Part shown: positions 1-11,700 of the stretch, piece by piece
Position numbering within the stretch: position 1 is the stretch's first letter
Layout: the number at the start of each line of letters is the position of its first letter
NCBI RefSeq assembly: GCF_964204645.1
Contig: NC_134027.1
Span: 8,092,485 to 8,156,484, forward strand
Direction of reading: 5' to 3'
DNA from: Tubulanus polymorphus
Taxonomy: Eukaryota; Animalia; Nemertea
Length of the DNA: 64,000 nt
Position numbers and translations under genes: made by a program
The notes under the pieces: generated by a model
What the model was told of the DNA's origin: nothing
Database searches by the model: none
What the model saw: only the letters and a program-made list of their open reading frames with translations

Positions 1-1480
1 AACAAGAATTATCTTTATATTTATACCAATCCTTCTCGGCCATCCAGCTATCAACCGCTGCCGCTAACGCTTCGGAATTAGACATCACTACATTCGGTAC
101 GTTTGTTTTCATGTAGATATTTTCACCGTAAACGTGATTTTTTGCATTGTCGCTGTGACCGTACACACATTTCTCCGCCCAGGCCTGGGCGGCATTCTTC
201 AGCGCGGACTTTCCAGACTATGGGGAATTAAAATTTGTGATAAATCGAAGATGGACGATGGTCGCAGTAGCAGTAAAGTATATGAATTGTTTCAGCACGA
301 TAGATCCCGAAACAAATAGAACTTACGAGAGGTTCAATCGGGTATCCGGAGCGCGCCTTATTATGGGCACTGACTGATATACTGGTTATGCCCGCTGATG
401 AACTAGCAATCACTGAACACAATACCACGATTATCATGACAAGATTCATGTTCAAAAATCCTATGAGAGAAAGTAGTTAAGCTTTAAACAATAAGTATCT
501 CGCTACCGTTCACGGGCGTCACCATGAGAGTGTTGGCTAGGATGCGGACGGCCCCCTTTTCAAATCCAAGTTCCGAATCTCTCGAAGTTCCAAATACGTT
601 CTTCGAATTTCAAAACGTAAGACTATTTTAGAACATTCATGCAAATTTCAAGGATTCTGAAAATGCTCTTTTGCCTCGTTTGCCTCCGGCGCTTGGCGGA
701 TACGGAGCGAAGTATTATCGGGATCAGTTGCGATTTTATTAATTCTAACCCCCTCAAAAATCTCAGACATGCCCCGACCGTTTTATCATCATTGGACGTT
801 TATAGACACTGAAGTGAATTATTAAGCGGTGCTTAATATAAACCATTATTCCTGATTGGCCTATCATCATTCGGCTTAAAGTTCTCTTTTAATGATATAA
901 CATTTAATCTTGAAATAACGAAATATCTTATCATGCCAGCTAACGGTGATCATCACTTATTGTTTTCAATGAATATGATTCTACCTTACCTTTTAGCCTT
1001 AGCTGAGATGCAATCAATACGCTGCTGCAGAGAGTGACATGACCAGTATATTCTTCTGGTTTTATACCTTGTGAATCATTTGAATTTGGTTGTTCAGAAG
1101 TAGTTACAAGAGGATTATATTTGTGTAATCCGGTAACGATAACTTCCCCCAGCGATTCATGTATTTAGAGATAATTGTCAAACGCACCTGTTTGTGTGGA
1201 CTTTTCCAAACATCTCTATCTATCCTCGAAACTATCTCTCAAAATCCGGTGTTCAATAATCAGACTTGCGAAATTTGGAGAGTTGTGATTATCCCATTTC
1301 GAGTGACAAATCCCTTTGAGGATTTTTGTATTTCAGCAATAGCAATCGAATTTCGAGGATGATACGAAATCACGGTTTTTGATTATTACATTTATTTCGA
1401 GTGACAAATCCATGTGCGGATTATTTTTTATTCCGGCAGCAATGAATTTGTGATCAAAGTTTGGCTTTATTTAAACTAAT

Positions 1481-1698
1481 CAAAAAGTTAACCTAGCAAT
1501 TTAGATTTCCAAAATCTCAATGTGATAAATTAGACAGAAAAAAGGTTGACCTTGTAATATAGATATCCAAAATCTTGATGTATAAAATAGGCAGACAAAA
1601 AAGTTTACCTTGTAATTTAGATTTCCAAAATCTCAATGTAATAAATTAGGCAGAAAAAGTTAACCTTGTAATATAGATATCCAAAATCTTAATGTATT
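1481..1698. repeat. Tandem minisatellite, ~59-bp unit, ~4 copies
   Basis: Repeated AAAAAGTTAACCTTGTAATWTAGATWTCCAAAATCTYAATGTAWTAAATTAGRCAG-like unit visible at ~1481, 1540, 1598 and 1654. Confidence 0.85.
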
Positions 1699-2745
1699 AG
1701 GTGAACTGTTAATGTTTGAGAATCTTTAGTTAAGACAAGGTGCAGCGAAAATTCTAGTCTTCTAGTGAAAATGATGTTAACGAAAATGAAATTTAGAACG
1801 TTAAGTTAATACTAAGCTTTCCAGGATGACTTTGTCTCTAGTTTGAATGCTTTTATGTTGAGCTATTTTTAAAATACAGTTCACTTGTCAACAAGGAACT
1901 TACATGATAATTCCTCGAGTACATACCTGTCATTTAGTGAGGTATGATTGTTGTCATGAAAATAAAAAAGACGTTTCTGTTTAAGAGTCTATGGTTTGAC
2001 GACGTATAAACTCTAGTTTATAGTCTATACGTCCATGATTGGATTGTTTTTGAAATCCGTCCACGTGTTTGGGGAACTTACATTATAATTCCTCGAGCAC
2101 ACCTGGCATTTTGTATAATTGTTGTACACTGTATGAGAATAAATATGATTGAATTTCTTTATCTGTTTAGCTACTCTGAACTTTGTTAGTTCACCAGTCA
2201 GTGGTTTTGTATGTTATCTTGCAATCCACCTCTTTTTTCAACCCAATATTCCCACGAACATTGTGCGGAGACGAGGATGTCCGGAAAACATGATAATCGA
2301 ATATTGGCAATACAGCTTACCACTTCAACCCGGACACACTAACACTTGTTGACCGGTTAGAAGCGAGTATTGAGCTACCGAAGAGTAATTACGAAATTAG
2401 CAATCATTTTTATTGTTACTATAGCCATGGGGCGGATCCAGACCGTATTGCCCAATACATTGTTTGTACGGTCTAAAATTTAAGTGCCTTTCGGCAATAT
2501 TTTGTGATGGCATATATATTTCACCACCCGCTAATTTTATATTTCCACTGATGATCGGTTTGATTTTTATACACAGAAGCAGAGTCCTGAATAGTTAACT
2601 TTGCCTTTAAAAGTGGTATCCTTCTTTTGGGGTTATCATTACATGATTAATTACATGAGATTTGTGTTTCTCTTGTAAAAATCATTGTTTTTATTTTCTT
2701 CATGCTTTCGGTTAATGTAGCCAATGACCTCCTGATCATCTCTAA

Positions 2746-3550
2746 GGTTCGAACCCAGAAATTACTGATACTGGTTCATAGTGGTCCTGTGTTGAATAGA
2801 GGATGCACAGGGGTGTCCCGGGTTCAAACCCAGTAATTACTGATACTGATTCAGAGGGTCCTGATGCTGAATAGAGGATGTACAGGGATGTCCCAGGTTC
2901 GAACCCAGTAATTACTGATACTGGTTCAGAGTGATCGATGCTGAATAAAGGATGTACAGGGGTGTCCCAGGTTCGAACACAGTAATTACTGATACTGGTT
3001 CAGAGTGGTACTGATGCTGAATAGAGGATGTACAGGGGTGTCCCGGGTTCAAACCAAGTAATTACTGACACTGATTCAGAGTTGTCCTGATGCTGAATAA
3101 GGGATGTACAGGGGTGTCGCGACCGTACAGTGCTGTCGCTATGCTCATCGTTAGCGGGATTTTCATACACTAACTAAAGTCAACTCTGGCAATCGACGTG
3201 CTGTCCAGTTATACCCCGTGACCTTCGCTTGCCAGAGTTGACTACCGTTAGTGTATAAAAATCCCGCTAACGGTGAGCATAGAGGCAGCACCGTACAGTA
3301 AAATGTTGATATCTTAACAAAAGTAATTACTGATAACGTTTTCTCGCTATCAATTTTGTTTTGAGATTTTTAGTGCTCGAAAAATGTCGGCGTGGCCCGA
3401 ATCAGCCACCATAGATAACTGATTCAGAGCGGTACTGATGCTGAATAGTACGGGGATGTCCCGGGTTCGAACCCAGTAATTACTGATACTGATTCAGAGT
3501 GGTACTGATGCTGAATAGAGGATGTACAGGGGTATCCAGGGTTCAAACCC
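2746..3550. repeat. Tandem repeat, ~75-bp unit carrying a tRNA B-box-like GGTTCGAACCC, interrupted at ~3119-3415
   Basis: GGTTCRAACCCAGTAATTACTGATACTG...GATGCTGAATAGAGGATGTACAGGGGTGTCC recurs at 2746, 2821, 2896, 2970, 3046, 3464 and 3539. Confidence 0.9.
3128..3293. mobile_element. Tc1/mariner-type MITE (palindromic, non-autonomous)
   Basis: ~65-bp imperfect inverted repeats CAGTGCTGTCGCTATGCTCATCGTTAGCGGGATTTT... / ...AAAATCCCGCTAACGGTGAGCATAGAGGCAGCACCG, flanked by TA on both sides. Confidence 0.8.
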
Positions 3551-3871
3551 ATCATCTCGTTGTATGAGAGTAAATATAATTCTTTGAAATTCTTTATTTG
3601 TTTAGTTTTTTTAGGCGCGTTGGAGCAATTTTTGATTGCTGCGGCCAAATACCGATTTTGGACAGGTTTTAAATATTGCCGCGGCGAATTTACTTATTAC
3701 TTGAAAAACGTGGTATTCAGAGAAAAAAATGTCATTCAGTAAATTATTGCCACGGCTTTCGCCGCTGCAGTCGCTGAACTTCCAATGCCACGCTACTCTG
3801 AACTTAGTTAGTTCACCAGTCAGTGGTTTATTATTATCTTGCAATCCACCTGTTTTTTTACCCAATATTCC

Positions 3872-4665
3872 CAGGCGCAGATTCAGGGGGTGCTTTGGGT
3901 GCTGCAGCACCCCCTTCTATCATACGCCGATACGATGGTCATAAAGGTGTGCCCCAGCTTTAGAGTCATCAGTACTTCTCCGATGCCGACATTTTTCCTG
4001 CATCTAAAGCCCGTCGTACGCCTTTGCGATTCATTGTATGATCCTCTTAAACCAGATACAAAATGTGGGTTCATTGTATTATCATAAAGGTACACTGTAA
4101 CTTCTGAGCCGATCGCATCAAATCAAACATGTTTTATATTTTTGCATGCACTTTTTCCGTGCGAAAATAATCGTAAATGTGCGCGGGCTTGATATACTAC
4201 ACGTTGTGGATATTTTGACCGAAAGCCATCAGAATTCACGATGAAGCAGTCGTCATTTTGGCTGATAGAGGACCCATAGATGGAACTTGTCTTATTTGAG
4301 GTGCAATCTCCAGTACAGAGGGCATAAAGGTCAGATGATATCTGTAACGATCGTCGTTTAGCAAATGTTTTCGTGCCCATTTTATTTTCTCACGCTGTTG
4401 CCTAACATACAGGTATCAAATTTGAAATTTGATTTGTGGCTGTCTTCCTCGCGCTTTGAGACGACCTGGGGATCCATGACAGACCTGCCGTCTGTGCTTC
4501 TTGTTTCCCTGTATATATGACATCTCCAGGATGTCTCAATATGGATGGCTCAAAACGCATCTCGGGGAGAAAATTTAACTTAAAGATCCCACGGTCGGTA
4601 TAAGTCCCCCTTGCGCTTTCACATTGACAGCACCCCCCTCTTACGAAATCCTGGATCCGCGCCTG
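3872..4665. mobile_element. Non-autonomous TIR DNA transposon with 5-bp target-site duplication (ATTCC)
   Basis: Ends CAGGCGCAGATTCAGG / CCTGGATCCGCGCCTG are inverted repeats; ATTCC on both flanks; an uninterrupted paralogous site lies at ~2240-2310; no transposase ORF. Confidence 0.8.
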
Positions 4666-4723
4666 ATTCCCACCAACATGGTGCGGAGACGAGGATGTCC
4701 GGAAACATGATAATCGAATATTG

Positions 4724-4928
4724 GCAGATAGCGACCTGCCCTGAGAGGCGAATTTAATCTTCTGCAGATAGCGACCTGCCCTGAGAGGCGAATTTAGCTT
4801 CTGCAGTTATCGACCTGCCATGAGAGTCAAATTTAGCTTCTGCAGTTATCGACGTGCCATGAGAGTCAAATTTAGCTTCTGCAGTTATCGACCTGCCATG
4901 AGAGTCAAATTTAGCTTCTGCAGTTATA
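4724..4928. repeat. Tandem minisatellite, 39-bp unit, ~5 copies
   Basis: CTGCAGTTATCGACCTGCCATGAGAGTCAAATTTAGCTT repeated; this explains the periodic spurious ORFs 4754-4942 and 4820-5050. Confidence 0.95.
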
Positions 4929-5760
4929 CCTATGACGAGCAATTATCGCAACACGAGGAAGCTCCGCCTTTTAATGGAGTAATTAACCATTATGTTCATT
5001 TTGTTTTATTGTCGCAGAAAATGAATAGAACACTAGAATTAATAACCTAATACTCTAATTATTATAAAAGAATTGGAGTGACAGCTCACACCTCGGCCAG
5101 TACCCGACCTATGAGCGGTTGTGCCTTCACACTGTAACAACTTTAATGTTCAAGAACATAAGAAAATTATTCTAATTTCAATTTCAATTTATTCATCATA
5201 AATCCAAAGTATAAGATCGTGAATGAAGAAAAACAACAATAACAACAAACAGACAAAAACAAAAAGACTGCGCAATGAAAGAAAAACAATGAGAGTGAGA
5301 AGTAATACACCACTAGGGCCAACATCCGATGCAATTTCTAAATGGGGGGTCGTTCGAACGGACGAAGTCCACTTGGCTAGTACGGGCCTAGCCGTGAGGA
5401 GATCCGAGAGCTATCCGTACGGGTCCGGCGTACGAATAGCCACTTTGAAATTTTAAATTTGAATTTGTACAAAATGACAAAATTGTTGACTAATAGTAGC
5501 TGAGAGCAATAATAACCACTTACTGAAACGATGTAAAATTATTTTTAGGCTTTTTAACGATGGAATGACTATTAATATGATATTCCATACTTAAGTTTCA
5601 GTTTTCCAGCAGATCTAAATTTCAATAGACTGGTAAAATGAAAAATAAACTAGAAATTACACTGAAAATACATCGCCCTGTTTTCATCGTTTCATTATGT
5701 TAGATTACTATTTTTCATTTGAACTAGGAAGTAAATATTAGGGCGCTTAATTTCAAGAGG

Positions 5761-8700
5761 ATGATGACGAGTAAAGTCGATTTAAAGCTTCTATTCTCGA
5801 AGCTTGGTGAGTTTTCTTAATTCTTTTTCACTTGTCAGAACGTGTGAAGTGTGAAACTATTTGGATTGGTATTGCAAAAAATGCTTTTTCCCAGCCTTTG
5901 ACTTGTTGGCTTTTGTGGTGTGTGGATGTTGTTAATAATAAATAATGTTAGTTTTTAGGAACTGGTTATTTAGCCGGATCCGGTTACTACGGGTCCGGTG
6001 AGTGAACCCTGGCCTTGCTCTTGTTGAGAAAAATTGAATTAAAGAAATCTAATCTTTAGCAGCTTACTCGGTCCCTGGCTGGCGTTGCCTCCTCTTACGA
6101 GGGCTATCGATAATCAAGTAATTGGCTTTTATAATCGGATGGGTGTATGGCTTCGGAAAGTATCTGATTGTGCAACTAAACCATACAGTCTCAGACAGGC
6201 TCCCTCTCCTCAGTCGGTCCACTCATTTCCTTCAATGCTAAAACGTTTTATAAAGATATCACGTCGGTCAGATTGTTTTATGATATTTAATTATAGGTCA
6301 CAAACTTGAGGAGATTCGAGTGCGGGCGCTTAAGAACATTTGCTCCAAGTTAGAACACAAAGTCATATGCGCAGCGGATTTAATCCAAGAAAAGCAGTTG
6401 TTCATCGCTTTATTGGAGTGGTTTAATTTTCCATCAGTGTCTGAAGAAGATGAAGTACTCAAGCTCATTCTTTGCCTTTCAAAAGTATGAAATATGTTGA
6501 ATGCAATTAGATAATTATGATAGGGCCAAATGGAAATGAATTGCCATAAAATCTTTTTGCATTTCTTTTAGCATTCATCGGGTGCTCAGATTCTGTTGGA
6601 TATCGGCGCCGTCGCGTTCTTTTCGAACTTGAGACGAAATTCTGAACAGGGCCGAATTACGGTTATCGATGAAATCGTTGAAAATTTGTTCAAACTGCCA
6701 GAAGGCAAAGAACCAGAACAGGAAGGTACTCCATGTTTGTTCATTCGAAACGAAAGTAAGTATTCAATGCACCAGATGCAAAATACTTTGATCTTAAAAT
6801 CATCCAATTTGGTTTAAAAGACTTGGAGATTGATTATTTTGATATATGCTACACTTTGTCTAGATCAACCTCCTTCGCGAAATGAACCATGGAAGTATGA
6901 TCCGAACCGGGACGGAGCCCAAGTTGGATATTTCAGTCAAAACAACTCACAAGATGAGAACGAGTTGAATAAAGAATCAGGTTATTTGATATAATTCAAT
7001 CAATAATTTTCATTATATGAATAAGAGCCTTTGATGGGTTGAACATCATTTCATGGTTTGATATTTTTAGATTCAGAGTCTGGCTTCAAATTTCCATGCT
7101 ACCCATGGTTATCATTGACTGCAACTGATCGCCATGTGCTTGAATCCACAAATAGGTAAGTCAGTATGCCTGAAAATAGTCTTACACATATATTACGGCA
7201 GCTTAAGTATATTTTGTCTTCTTCAGTTCATTATGCAGTAAAGATGAGGACCATGTTGTCAGTGCTTGTGAATTCCTTTGTGATGTTGTCTTCCCAGATT
7301 TTCCAGCTGAAATCTTCATCCAGAGACCTGCTATAGTAAAGGTAACTTATCGCTTATTAATCAAACAAGTTAATTTTGGCATTTTTTGTTCACAATTAGG
7401 CCTACTAATAATCTTTTCAGAGTCTTTTGTCATTGCTGAAGTTGTCAGAGGAGAAATACGTTCGAGCTGCGGTTGAAGCATCAAATACACTGTCAAGGCT
7501 TAGTGCTGCTCTTCATTCGCGTTTGCGTTATTACCAAGATCCGATATTTTATACTCCTAAAGCTGGTACGTGTGAACTTTCCCTTGTAATTCGACTGAGA
7601 TGTTCGTAGACTTCAGAACAGGGTGGCCACTTACCTGGAAGTCAGAATTTTGTTGAGATTGCTAGATCAGACGTAAGATCATACAGTTTTGTCTATGTTT
7701 TACATATTTGACTGTGTTCATTGATTGGATTCTTAGCAGATCAAGTCAGGGAAATCAGTGTACATGTCAGGCTAAAAACAAGTCAAATAAAAGTGGTCAT
7801 GCTTTTGGACTTGGTTTTGAAGCATGTTCTTGGTTTGAGACTCAAATGGTTTGTTTATAGAATTTGATTTTTTCAAAATTCAGATGTTTCGGTAAGCAAT
7901 TCGTCATCTAGTGACCCGAGTAATAGCAGCTCGAGTCAGCTTCTGTCTCACGGTCGGCTTCGCGGCGATGGTCGCGACGGTGAAAGCTCGAGCGCTCGAA
8001 GTTCCCGTTCAAATTCATCGAGCAGTCATCCGCCACCGATCAGCGGTAGTCATTTAGAGGATCGCAATGACATCATGACGTTGCAATTCAATCAAGTATC
8101 GCTTCCGCATTATTGCGTCATGGTCATTATCAGAGCAACGGAAAACCTGTGTTCAGACAGTGAGAAAATTGTTGCCAAATCGTTGGATTTACTTCACGAA
8201 ACTTTAAAACTGTTAATGGAGACGATAACGGAAAGCATTTGGACAGACCACGCAGCGGCTTCTAAGGAACTGGTAAGTCGTTAAATGGAAACAAATTAGT
8301 TGCAAGGATTTTATATCAATGACTTATTGCAGTCTACAAAGAAGTTGAGTTGAATTGAAAAGCCAATTCGTTATTTTCTTGCCTCAAAAACAGGTTGAAA
8401 ACCTCAAGGAATGTTTAGAGAATATTTCAAATGCTTTGCAACACCATCATCATCTTGTCGCTGGACAGGTTGAGGGCAATGATATATCTATGCATCGTAT
8501 GGCGTACGTCGGCACAGGAGTCTTCCTGTCTCAACTGATGATTTCGCTTATTCCTGTCAGTGTTGTAAGTACCCTTTAGGTTAGAATTAAGAATCAAAAA
8601 TAAAACAGTAGCGGCTGACTATTAACCTTCAGTAACTTCTTTAATCTGATGACAATTTGAAATTGATGATGGTATTTAAGTAATTATCACATATGTACAT

Positions 8701-11700
8701 GGATCTACAATCATCAGGTGGAACATGTTTTGCCGGACAGTTTGAAAGCTGAATTATTCAACCTTGTATTCGATGAGGCGATTGCGCAGACGTACAGTAA
8801 CATCAGGCATTCGCTTATCCCCTATTTGGCTATCGTCAGTCCAGATGAATACATGATTTATCAGTCGGTGATGAAAGTTTGCCTTTCGATGCAGAGCACT
8901 TGCAAGTTTTTGCTCGACTCGCAAAATGCTGTAAGTTGATATTACTCGAAACGCTCCATTCCAAAAATAAGCCAAACAAGGTATTTTATCATTGTTTTAA
9001 CATTGCAGGAAGATGCTGATCTTTCTTCTTGTCTTGCAATGGCTGAAGATTCACTATCCAGCGTACGTTATCACCGAAGCAAAAATCTTATTTTGCAATT
9101 AGTGAAATTAGCATCACAAATGTGAGTACAAGATGGTCTTCAATGGGTCGTAGATTAGCTTTGATAATGGCTGCATAGTTTGAAAAACTATATTTATAGT
9201 TTGAAAAACCTATTTATAGTTTGAAAAACCTAAAAGCAAACAACTGCTACGTTTTCTAGTTGCAGACAAGATGCTGATAGAGCTTTATTAGAAGGAAGTC
9301 AAAGCGTGTTGTTGAAGTATCTCGCATTTCCTGTGCCTCAGATAAGACAGATGACATATACAGCAGTTCTCGACATGGTGAAGGTTTGTAATGATCGTAT
9401 CTTAAGATAAAACCTGTGATTTGTAGTGTACTGAATGCTCGTCTAATCTTCTATAATGTGTTTAGAATTGTCTCAATGTTGAAGAAGCTGCCACTCCCAA
9501 CAGTAATAGATCGGCCGGAATCAGATTTCTTATCAATCAACATATGTTGTATGAAATGTGCTGTTTTGGAATGACCGACTCTCAAGCAGATGTATCTTCA
9601 ATTGCTCAGGAACTAGTGTTATACTTGTTACAAAGCGAGTTACTGCTGCCCGGTGACCAGTGGCAAACTGTACTTCAGACCGTTACTACTGTTTTACCAA
9701 TATTACAGGTAACTAACTACCTTTTACAATCATTAATCTCTGATGAAGTGTTTATAATAACTTGGAATTATATTTTCTGGTCGATTCAGGGATTCTCCGA
9801 TGCTTACACTCCACTCGGACAATGTGTCATTGGTCTTGTGCAACCAGATCCACATTCTCAAACATCCGTTGTACCTCGTCTGGAGCGTTTACGAGGCACA
9901 TTGAGGATGCTGTTCTCCGCTGAGTCAAGGTAATAATGAAGGTCAAATCTAGAGTCCAGTTATACGGTACGGTCATGATTTAGTTGCATTGACTGCCGAG
10001 AATCAATGAGCTATGAATGAAACTCACGTTTCTCTGTTGATTCAAGGTAATAATGAAGCTCAAATCTTGGGTCCAGTTGTATGTTACAGTCATGATTTAG
10101 TTGATGATATGCATCAACTATTTTGCATCAATAAGCTATGAATTAAACTCATGTTTCAGAGTGAGATCAGAGGGTTTGTCAAGGTTAGCGTGGTTCATGA
10201 CACACGAAGAAGGCATCACCAAATTACCATCATTTGCCCAACTGGATATCTCAAAAATATCGAGCAGATTTGTAATCGACAACCCTATCCCAATTCACCC
10301 ATCTGGATCCCCAATTACTGTCTTTACTGTAAGTATATACACCAGACGCAATTTGGAATTTTTCGATTTCAAAAATTCTTATTCAACTCTAAGATGATTA
10401 ATGTTTTCAGTCCGATGAAATGTTGAAAGTCTTCGAAATATTTCATTCAACGACGGTCGAAGCTAAAGTGAAAAAGTCAGCTGCAGATCAACTAGCTATC
10501 ATGATGCAGGGTAAATGAAATTCCATTGCTGTCTGTCATCCTAATTTACGGGAAATTATAACGATGTTATGTGTTCATGTTTCTCTATTTCAATAGACGG
10601 AACACTTCATAAAGCTTTCATGAGAAGAGGTGGATTGGATAAGATATTTGAGATCATAAATGCTGCTATTGTTAAACCCACGATGTCTGAACAACAAAAC
10701 CACCAGGTAGTTTGAATTAGATTGTTGAAATTCAGGCAGTAAAAATTTGACTTATGTGTCCTTTCTGAAATTGAATTTAGTGGAATTATATGCAGAAAGA
10801 AAGGTGGTAAACTTGTCTTACATGATAATTGTAATACCCGGTACACATATCTCTAGGATATCAAGCATCTGCTAACCCCGTGTGTTACGATGCTTCAATA
10901 CTTGTTGTACTATGATTCATCCCTGCGACACCGACTTAGCCATGAAATGGATACATACCTTCCTATTGTTAGAAGTAAGTCCATTCAAGCTGATCATAAT
11001 CACTTAAAACGATTTCGTGACAGGTAATTTTTAAAATTAAACCGAATTCTGAGATATTTATGATATTTATACATGTAGGTTCTCTGATGCTGGCTGATGA
11101 TGGTACAATGAAAACATCAGCTGCATGCGTCCTAGCTCTGATGTTGTTTGATGAAGTCTCTGCTATGGATGTTTGGTATGTACAGTTGATAAACCCTGCC
11201 GGAAAATGAATTGAAGATGAAGTCAGTAGACAATGCCTAGTACAGTTTTCCCTTTGGAAACTGATCTGTATTCGATAAATGTAAATCGAATAGTAATTGT
11301 GACTCAATTGATTTATTACAGGAATGAAGATGATCATAGGAAAGGCTTCAGTGTTCCAGCTTTTGTGATGGATAGGTAAGATGAACAAGTCTGAAACAGA
11401 AATATTCGTTCATTAAAAGAGAGTTAATGATATTACAAAGGCTATTTAGTACTGATACGAGAACAAAAAACTACAAATACTTGAATATTGATGCCGATTA
11501 TTTTTCAGATTCAAGTTCCCATTTGCTTGCAATACTCATCATATAACAAGCCCTCATCGCATTTCTAGCCCACCGGTTGGTGGGGATCCTCTGCAGGCTG
11601 GAATGCCCGCTGAGATGCTGCGCTGTGCGTGGAATGTTGCCTGGCACGGTGACATCGAATTACTTCTGAAAAATATCTCGAGAATCGACAGTTTTCGCGA

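Noticed and set aside
134-2352. Short ORFs in the first 2.4 kb
   Set aside because: No recognisable motifs or consistent exon chain; repeat-rich intergenic DNA.
2746-3550. CRISPR-like array
   Set aside because: Eukaryotic context; units are contiguous with no unique spacers and there are no cas genes.
4754-5050. Periodic ORFs (SITAEAKFDSHG and MRVKFSFCSY repeats)
   Set aside because: Artefacts of a 39-bp minisatellite that lacks stops in those frames.
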